Below are positions 56,235 through 64,000 of a stretch of DNA of 64,000 nucleotides, piece by piece. Below the pieces are notes generated by a model. The model was not told the DNA's origin, searched no databases, and was given only the letters and a program-made list of their open reading frames with translations. Numbering within the stretch: position 1 is the stretch's first letter; each line of letters begins with the position of its first letter. The stretch is from a virus. A program made the position numbers and the translations under genes. The stretch spans positions 122,856 through 186,855 of IMG/VR virus record IMGVR_UViG_3300025121_000776; one strand, written 5' to 3'.

Positions 56235-57549
56235 AAGGTTTTAGTTAATGGTTTGTTTTTGTCAGTTGCCTTTACACTAACAGGTAAAGCAAAGATATAA
56301 AATAATTCTGAGAAAGTCAAGTTTTTAGCAAAAATAAAAATCCCACAGCTTTTATTTATTGTGGGGATGAATCATGTTCCAAGGCAGAGCCTTTTGTATT
56401 AAATTCACTTTAGAGTTAGCAGTAATAATTTTATCTTGCCGCCACACCTGAGTTTTTAACAATAGGGTTTTCAACAAAATCTTTTATGTTATCACCCAAA
56501 CACATAAGTTGTACTGCCATTAAATCACCATCAATGTTTTCGTTTGAAATTGCTATGATTTTTTCACACACTTTTTTTAAGTTGTCAAAATTTTCTGTTG
56601 TAAATGTTTTCATTTTATTTATGTTTTTTATATTTACGAGTATCCCACGCTCAAAAAGGATAAATTTACATACTGCTAATAAAGTGTAAAAAACATTAAA
56701 ACGATTTTTTACACCCAACCGTTAAAAATGTTTTCATATTGACCTTTGGCTTTTTTTTAACTAAATAATGCATTTACTCCCAAAAACATTAAACAACATA
56801 AAAATATTAAACAGGCAATTGCCAGCCAGCAGATTATTCCATATAAGCTTGACATTAATTGTTCTATCCAGTCTTCATCAAATGTGTTTAAAACTGAATT
56901 TCCCATGAAGTAAGCTCCTCCAAAAAATACTATAATTGCTAGTGTAGTAAAAAATGTTATCATAATTTTTGGTTTTTGTTTAATTTTAAATCATTTATCA
57001 AATCAGGAAGCCCTTCTTGTGAGATAAAATCTAAACGACTTTTTAGTTGAGCAACCTCTTTTTTTATGTTTATTTCTTTTTCGCAACAAACGCATTTCAT
57101 TGGGATAACCTTAATTGTAGTTGAAGTTGGTTTGCTCCTATGTTTGAAACTTTTGTGAATTTTTTTAGTTATTTTCATCTTCATTTTATTGGTTATACGA
57201 AATTCTCGCCCAAATGTTTTAAATAGTTCAATTTTTGTTCACAAATTCCGTAGCAATTGGTCTTTTTCATGATAAAACTATTTAATTATCAATTGTTTAA
57301 AAACACTTGTTGATATATAGGAGTTATGTGCCATTTTGCTGTCATTCAAGCCCTTTAACAACTCCACATGCACCCGTGCATATGTAATTTCGGGCTTTCA
57401 TTCCTTAAACGCAAAACGTGCCCCTCGCTCAAAAATCCCAACACACCACATAACATGGGCTTATGGCTATATTGTCTGTGTTTCATCTTTAGTTTCATTG
57501 GTTAATAATAAAAAAGAAAAGCCAACCCTCGTCAGCTTTTCAAGCTGTT

Positions 57550-57918
57550 TTATTTTACTTCTGACCATATATTCATGGCTACATAAGGAGTTCCTCTGTA
57601 TAATACAGTTATAAACTCTGATTTATCCCATGTGCTAACACAACTGAAATATTCTAACATATATGGCTCTGATATTATTTCTACTATTTCACCAGTTTTT
57701 CCGCTAAATCCTGCTAAATTTGATTTTTCGCCTGTTAAAAGATTTTTTTGTTGTGAGTTATCGCATAATATAACTTTTTTCCCAATTATACTATTTCTTC
57801 TATCTCCATATTTAGGCACAAAACATTGAGGAAATAATACTTCTAATACTTTTTTAGCTTCCGTAGAAGATTCTGATGCTAAAATTACTTTTTCTCTTAA
57901 AACTTCTAATTTTTCCAT
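57550..57918 (-). CDS. Hypothetical protein nested inside an attC-like loop
   Basis: Start MEKLEV; lies between stem arms at 57457 and 58002. Confidence 0.7.
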   Translation of the reverse strand: MEKLEVLREKVILASESSTEAKKVLEVLFPQCFVPKYGDRRNSIIGKKVILCDNSQQKNLLTGEKSNLAGFSGKTGEIVEIISEPYMLEYFSCVSTWDKSEFITVLYRGTPYVAMNIWSEVK

Positions 57919-58019
57919 TTTTTTAGTTTTTAATTTATTTTTAAAAATCCACCTTATTTTTCTTTTTTTACTCAGTTTTTCAATCAATATTTCGTTAATA
58001 CAGCCATAAGCCCCGTTCG

Positions 58020-59083
58020 TTAGCCACAATTAAAAGAGATTGCAGCTTCCATTCTATTGTATAAGTCTTCGCTAATCACAGGGTCATCCCAAGCACCAGC
58101 AGTAATGCTAAAAATCTCTTTTAACAGTTCGCTGTGCTGGCTAACAACAGATAAACGCAACTTTAATTTTTCGTTTTCTGCTTTTAATTTAGCTATTTCG
58201 TCTTGTAATTCTTCTTCGTATCCAAACATAATTTTGTTATTTAAAAATTAAAACTTCGTTTATCTGCAACCGTTATACACAATTTAATTTTTAGGAAGTT
58301 TGTATTCAACAATCATCCCACCATTTTCAGTGTGTGTTACTTTGGTTTCTATATCAGGATGGTGTGGGCATTGAAGTGGTTCTTCCAATCCACGTTCTTG
58401 TTTTTTGTGCCATCTAATAGATTCTGCTCGTGCATCATCAATTGTTGAATACAAACCGTGTTTAACAAGCGATTTTGCGTAATTTTCTACTTTTTCGTTA
58501 TTCATATATTTTGTGTTTTAAATTAAAAATTAAACTGTGTATAACAGCAAATATAAGAAATAAATTTTAAATTATCTAATTTTTTATAGGTAAAATTTAC
58601 TTCTCATATTTGCAAACGTTATAAGTAATAAAACAAAAATTATGATTGTTTATTTTCTTCTCTTTTCAATTCATCAGAAATCATAGTATTGATACATTCA
58701 CCAATCCATTTAATATTATCATCACCTATTTGCACTCTGTTTTTCAAATCATTTAAGATTTCTTCTTTTCTTTTTTCTAATTCTTGTTTTGTTGTTTTCA
58801 TAATTTCATTTATTTAATTTGTATAATTTTTGTTTTACATACTTATAACAACAAATAAAACACATTAAAACGATGTTTTATTTGCAGCCGTTAGGCATAA
58901 TAAAAATTATTGCCCACGCACAATTTTACGCTCATCTATTTCAGCAAAATCAGTTTCCGTATAACATGACCTGCCAATAAACCATTTTTTGTTTTCATAT
59001 TCTGCAACTGTCCATTTTCCTGGTTCTTTTGCCCATGTTATTGCAAATGTTTTTACCCAATAAAATCCGTTTTTCCTTTTCAT
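58020..59083 (-). CDS. Four small cassette genes (58020-58229, 58284-58505, 58640-58801, 58907-59083)
   Basis: One ORF per cassette; the last two were hand-translated (53 and 58 aa). Confidence 0.7.
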
Positions 59084-59339
59084 AAAAATAATTTTTACAG
59101 ATGCCTAACATGCAATATAAAACATACCTGTCGTGCATCTTTGATTAATACTATGTTTATTAATATCGTCATTCTAATTTAGTTCTGTGTTGGCACGTTT
59201 CATACACGCAACCGTTATAACCAATACCACATACCGAAAGCAATCACCATAATTACAATGATTACAATGATACATATCGCCAACCGTTAGCTGCAATTTA
59301 ATTTTAATTTGCCACCGCTCTTTGAATTTTTCAAACCCA

Positions 59340-59753
59340 TTAGAATTTTTTACCTCCATATTTAAATCCTCTTGTTTCATTGTATGCCATTTTTAATTTA
59401 ATATGGTTTTCAATATCAATATTTAATTTACCACATAAATCAAGCAATCTAATTATTGAATCAGCGATTTCATCTTCAAAAGAGTCTTTTATTTTTTCTT
59501 CGAATAACAATTTAAATTTAATATTATCTTTTTCACAACAAGGTATATCAGAATTGACATAATATAAAGTTTCATTTAAAACAGGTGTCAAATCAGCATA
59601 CTTATCTTTCCTAAATGCCTCAAATGCCTCTGATATTTCAGAATGAATTAACGCAATCCTTAAAGGTACATCATTATTGTCAAATCCAGCACTTACAACA
59701 AATTTATTAAATTGTTTACTTAATAAATTCAAACCTTTTACATTGTATTCCAT
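59340..59753 (-). CDS. MazG-like nucleotide pyrophosphohydrolase
   Basis: ALIHSEISEAFEAFRK, DEIADSIIRLLD, KMAYNETR...YGGKKF. Confidence 0.8.
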   Translation of the reverse strand: MEYNVKGLNLLSKQFNKFVVSAGFDNNDVPLRIALIHSEISEAFEAFRKDKYADLTPVLNETLYYVNSDIPCCEKDNIKFKLLFEEKIKDSFEDEIADSIIRLLDLCGKLNIDIENHIKLKMAYNETRGFKYGGKKF

Positions 59754-59764
59754 TTTTTATATTG

Positions 59765-62628
59765 TTAAATTAATACTAAAAATCCACCTAAATTAAACAG
59801 ACCCCACGCACAACCCAACGCACTAATCACACCACAAACCACAGCAATACTACCAAATAATTTATATCGGTTTATCGTTTTATTATCTTTACAAACAACT
59901 CCACACACACGCATTTCTGGTGGTCTAATTATCACTTTACTTTTATCAATTATTGGTTCAATCATATTTATAACATCGTGTATATTCAAGTTTGCATCAG
60001 CATTTGTGCATAATTCAAAGTTCCCATAAGCAAACCTGAAATATGCAAGCAACTGTTATTAAACAATTATTTTGAAAGTTCTTTTATATTTATTGAATTC
60101 AGGTTCATTGCCAAATTTTTCTTCCATTAAATTATTCAATCTAACTGGATTCACGTCATACGTAATTGGTATTAAATTCCATAATTTAGAACATCGTTCT
60201 CTTGTCTGTGTCAATGTTAGTTTATTCTCTTCTAATTCTTTAATGAGAATTGTTTGTTCAATTTCGTATTTTTCTAAATTTGTTTCTGTTTTCATATTTG
60301 TACTTTTTTAACTAAACCATAATAACAAATATATAACAAAAAAATTGAAATAAAAAAATTTCATAATATATTTGTAACCGTTAGCAATCAGTTATTGGTT
60401 TTGCTTTTATATTACAGGTTTCATCTAAACAGTGCATTCCCTTAAAATTACAAGAGTCTTGCACTCTGTAAGGACACCCAGCAACCGACACCCCAACGCT
60501 TGGAATTGCTATCGCTACAGGTATAGCAAATAAATTTACTAAGTCCCATCGTAATTTTCCGCATATTTCCCCTGTTAATTTTATGTAATCAAGATTGTCG
60601 TTATCAATTTTTACATCACTTAATAATAAGTGTACTTCTTGTTCTGTCATATTTATCAATTTATTAGTTATTAATCCGTAAAATTCTGCGGCTCGTTAGC
60701 GTTCAGTTTGCTTGAAGTCGCTAATATTATCACCATGTCCACATGTACAGCAAATAACCTGTATATCTTTCGTTTTACACTTAGGGCAAACCACAACGCT
60801 AACATCGTGTATAGGTAATAATTTTAAAAAAAGTTCTTCCAATTCAGTAGCAACGCTCGGCGCATCTGCTGCATCGCATTCAACGTCTTTTCTTGGTATC
60901 TTACTTACCACTTTATATATTTGTTCCCAAACCTCGCTTCTTTGCATTTTGTTACTTTGTTCCATTTTATTTAGTTTATCTGTTAATACTTTTTAAAATT
61001 ACATACTATACACAAGTCCATTATATGTAATTTAATTATCCTCCGATTTAACTCTACTACTTATTCCAATATTGTGTCCCGCAATTGGATTCCAACCTAT
61101 TTTAGAATATGAGCCATCGTCTATTTCAACAGTTGCCAAGCCTGTTTCATTATCATATTCTATTACTTTACCTACTACTGTTTCTTTTACATTCACATTT
61201 TTACCAACTAAATTTAGCAAATTCTTTTCTAATTGTACTGTCATTTTCATATTCTAAATTTTAAGGTTTTTTATTTCAAATTAATTTGTTTGGTCTTTTT
61301 AATGTAATTTCATTAATAATATTTTTATCAGTTACTTCAATTAACTTATCAAATTCAACATAATCAAAATATGTTGAACCTTTTTCGTGTTCGCAGAAAA
61401 AACAACCGCTACTTGTCCCAAATGTATTCCACTCGTGATAATAATCACCATCACACTTTACAACTAATTTATTCTCAAATTTTCCTATTATTTCCATATC
61501 AATATTTTTTAGTTTATAATTATTTTATACAAAGATACTAATTTAATTCGATATAATCAATATTCACAACGCTATTTTTAAAAACTTTTTGCTAGTGTTC
61601 CAATTAAGCACTTGTGTAAGCAATAGTTGTATTTGCAACCGTTATGTTTAATTAGATTATTGTTTTGAATTTTTTATTTCTAAACCGTTTTCTTTAAGAA
61701 TTTTTATAACTTCATACCAATCATATTCCATTGGTGGTGTAAAATTACAATCTATACTTAATTTTCCCACATCAGACATTTTCCCACTTTTTTGTCTTGG
61801 TTCGCAAACAAAAATTTCACCTTCATAATAAAGTTTCAAGTGTGGAAAAATTCTTTCCAAACGTTCTACTAAAATTCTTAATTCACTATCCATATATTTT
61901 TATTTTTATTTGTAGAACAATAATTTAACTAAAACGACAATATATTTGCAACCGTTAGTACTCATTTAAAGAGCGGATGTACTCGTCTAATTTCTTTTCC
62001 TCTTCAATGTGCTTAGGTATTGCCAACGAAGCACATTTTCCACAGATATAGTAATCTACTTCACAACCACACTCATCATTTGTATATCCTGCCGCATAAC
62101 TACCTTGCTGCGGGTTATCACAACAGTCACAAGTATCATCAAATTCGCACCTCACATAATATTTCTCAATTTCTTCCTGAGTAAATAAAACGGGTGCTAA
62201 CACAGTATTAGCATTATTGCTTGTGGGTTTTTGTACTTTATTTTTCATATTAAAATTTGTGTTAAGTTAAACTTTTCTGTTTCAAATTAAAGGCAACAAA
62301 TGCCAATACTTCACCGTTATATTTAATTTTAAGAATGTTTTGGTTTTTCATCAGTTAAATACTGAAATTTTTCATTTCCAAATCTATCTTTAATCATAAC
62401 TTTTCCATCAACATCTATCTCGCCAAAGGTTAATTTATTGTTGTAATAAGTTGATGTATATATTTTTTTATCTTCATCATTTCCGTGACGACATTCTACA
62501 CGACTTGTCCCATCATCCCACAATAAAATTCCAATGGTATATGAACAATTTGGAAATCGTTGTAGAATATCATTTTTAACTAAGTCTATTTGTTTCTGTA
62601 TTTTTTTCATTTGTACTGTCATTTTCAT
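59765..62628 (-). CDS. Small cassette genes (59765-, 60059-60295, 60381-60659, 60696-60965, 61032-61250, 61276-61497, 61657-61893, 61955-62248, 62329-62628)
   Basis: ORF track; boundaries coincide with attC-like cores. Confidence 0.7.
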
Positions 62629-62703
62629 ATTCTAAATTTTAAGGTTTTGTTTCAAATTAATTTCTTTTAACGTAATTAAATGTGTTCGTTGGGTGCAATT
62701 GAA

Positions 62704-63495
62704 CTACCACCATAATGACATAAAAATTTTTGGAAATTTGTCTAATCCTTCACTCAATTGCTTTTTTTCTTCTTTGGTAAAGATGCAACTGCCGTTATCT
62801 CTTGCAGCTAATTCCATTGCTTTTAAAAAGCAATCTATATCATTTACCAATTCTTCATCACGTTTTAAAAAATCATTCGCAATTTCTTGATACCTCTTTA
62901 ATCTTGGGATAATAAAATTTGCCATAGTATCTCTCAATGACCATGTTTCGCTATCATCAAAACCTCTTTCCAGTCTCTGCTTTTTAAAATCAACTTCCCT
63001 TTTATCGTCTTTGTCAGTAAGGGAAAAGCAAATGTTTGGAATGCCCAAATGCTTATAATCACATTCATTACATTCAACACCATTCCAATGTAATGGGCAA
63101 TGCTGTGGTTTTTCAAAGTCGCAAACCAGATTTGTAACATCACCTAAATTTGCATTGTCAGTGGTTTCAATTGTAGGTTCTTCCAAACCCCCTACGTTAT
63201 CTGCTATCATCATAGCAAAATTGCATACATCTGCGCACTCTAATGCAATTTCTTTCGGGCTTAATCTTTGTAATATCGCATCATATAATTCATCAGCTTC
63301 TTCAAGCATTCTCTTACGTAGCCATTCCACACTGCAATTATCCCATTTTCGTCCTATGCCATCTGCATTCATCACTTTACAATCCTTGTGTTTGTTTTTA
63401 TCTAATTTATATTGCATTAATTTTGCAATATTTACTATTTGTTCCATAATGGTTAATTTATATGCAAAATTATAAAAAAATTTCATTAAAAGCAA
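62704..63495 (-). CDS. Two-part protein: N-terminal MazG-like/dNTP diphosphohydrolase domain fused to an unrelated C-terminal module
   Basis: WLRKRMLEEADEL...LECADVCNFAMMIAD; attC-like half-site at 63135 in mid-gene. Start probably MEQIVN. Confidence 0.6.
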   Translation of the reverse strand: MLLMKFFYNFAYKLTIMEQIVNIAKLMQYKLDKNKHKDCKVMNADGIGRKWDNCSVEWLRKRMLEEADELYDAILQRLSPKEIALECADVCNFAMMIADNVGGLEEPTIETTDNANLGDVTNLVCDFEKPQHCPLHWNGVECNECDYKHLGIPNICFSLTDKDDKREVDFKKQRLERGFDDSETWSLRDTMANFIIPRLKRYQEIANDFLKRDEELVNDIDCFLKAMELAARDNGSCIFTKEEKKQLSEGLDKFPKIFMSLWW

Positions 63496-64000
63496 GAAAT
63501 TCTCACAAATACTTGATTAATTAAAAAATTATAAATATCTTTGCGCATTAAATACATAAAATTATGGTTCTGAGTAAAAAACACGGTTTAAATATTTCTG
63601 ATGATGCTAAATTATTAAAACTTGCATCTGAATCTTTTAGTGATGGTGATTTTATATGTCCAGAGTGTGGAGAAACGATATTTGAATATATATCTGACAC
63701 ACATGTTGAATGTGATACGTGTGGGCATGTGTTATTAAATACGTATAAAAATTTTTAAATTAATTGGCTTCGCCTTTGGCCTTTTTTATAGAAAGTATTT
63801 AATTTTTATTAGGTTTCCAATTTTTTATAATATTTGTAAAATATTTACTATCTTCACTATTAACAAAATTATACATTCCATTATTTGTCATTAAACCATC
63901 TTCTACAAGTTCATTTGCTAAATCTATTTTTTTAAGATGTTCTTTTTTTGTCAATCCTTCGTGACGTGATTTGGCGCACATTTCTGCAAATTTTTCTATT

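Larger units (their letters stand above)
1562..57222. promoter_or_regulatory. Class-2 promoters, AAC-N16(17)-CGTA (ECF sigma type), dispersed
   Basis: Counted at 1562, 1714, 5327, 29125, 35521, 46162, 48016, 49501, 49837 (+) and about 37139, 52718, 57222 (-). Confidence 0.75.
56415..63160. mobile_element. Array of about 15 attC-like sites/gene cassettes without an integrase in the window (CALIN-like); top strand = +, genes on -
   Basis: Repeated TAAC-N2-stem...stem-N5-GTTA hairpins; nine cassettes bounded by mutually complementary cores (coordinates in findings). Confidence 0.8.

Noticed and set aside
59174-59380. 68-aa cassette protein
   Set aside because: The frame runs through two abutting attC-like sites and overlaps the MazG gene; probably a read-through of repeat DNA.
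616-63475. Many opposite-strand ORFs in the track (e.g. 616-930, 3260-3580, 17079-17402, 42658-43230, 44344-44811, 63155-63475)
   Set aside because: They are Phe/Ser/Ile-rich shadows of better-supported genes on the other strand.
1-64000. Alternative genetic code (stop-codon reassignment)
   Set aside because: Recognisable genes are intact under code 11 and end in TAA, TAG or TGA with high coding density.
56415-64000. Complete integron with intI and attI
   Set aside because: No tyrosine recombinase is visible in the window; only attC-like sites are supported.

Overview
AT-rich (roughly 28% GC by eye), gene-dense segment that reads as part of a jumbo phage infecting a Bacteroidota host. Support: hundreds of short ORFans, TAnnTTTG host-type promoters, two tRNAs, an ECF sigma factor, HNH and DUF723-type nucleases, Gp88-like, RadA-like and MazG-like genes. 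No capsid, terminase or integrase gene is visible in the window. Layout: (1) 1-16 kb, an accessory/metabolic block (radical SAM/SPASM enzyme with three fused MYG motifs, CDF transporter, PLP aminotransferase, tetraheme cytochrome c, KamA) plus probable virion proteins; (2) 16.9-48.2 kb, about 50 co-oriented terminator/promoter modules (CCCC-N16-CTTTATA), each driving one to three small genes; (3) a 1.3 kb non-coding strand switch at 49.5-50.8 kb; (4) 50.8-64 kb, mostly minus-strand genes including an array of about 15 attC-like integron sites. In that array the genes run opposite to the classical cassette orientation and start inside, or lie entirely within, the attC hairpin loops. A second small attC-like array lies at 6.07-6.79 kb. 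The top candidates for new biology are the attC-like cassette system and the splicease-like radical SAM enzyme carrying its own putative substrate. All motifs, counts and coordinates were read by eye; no database searches were run.
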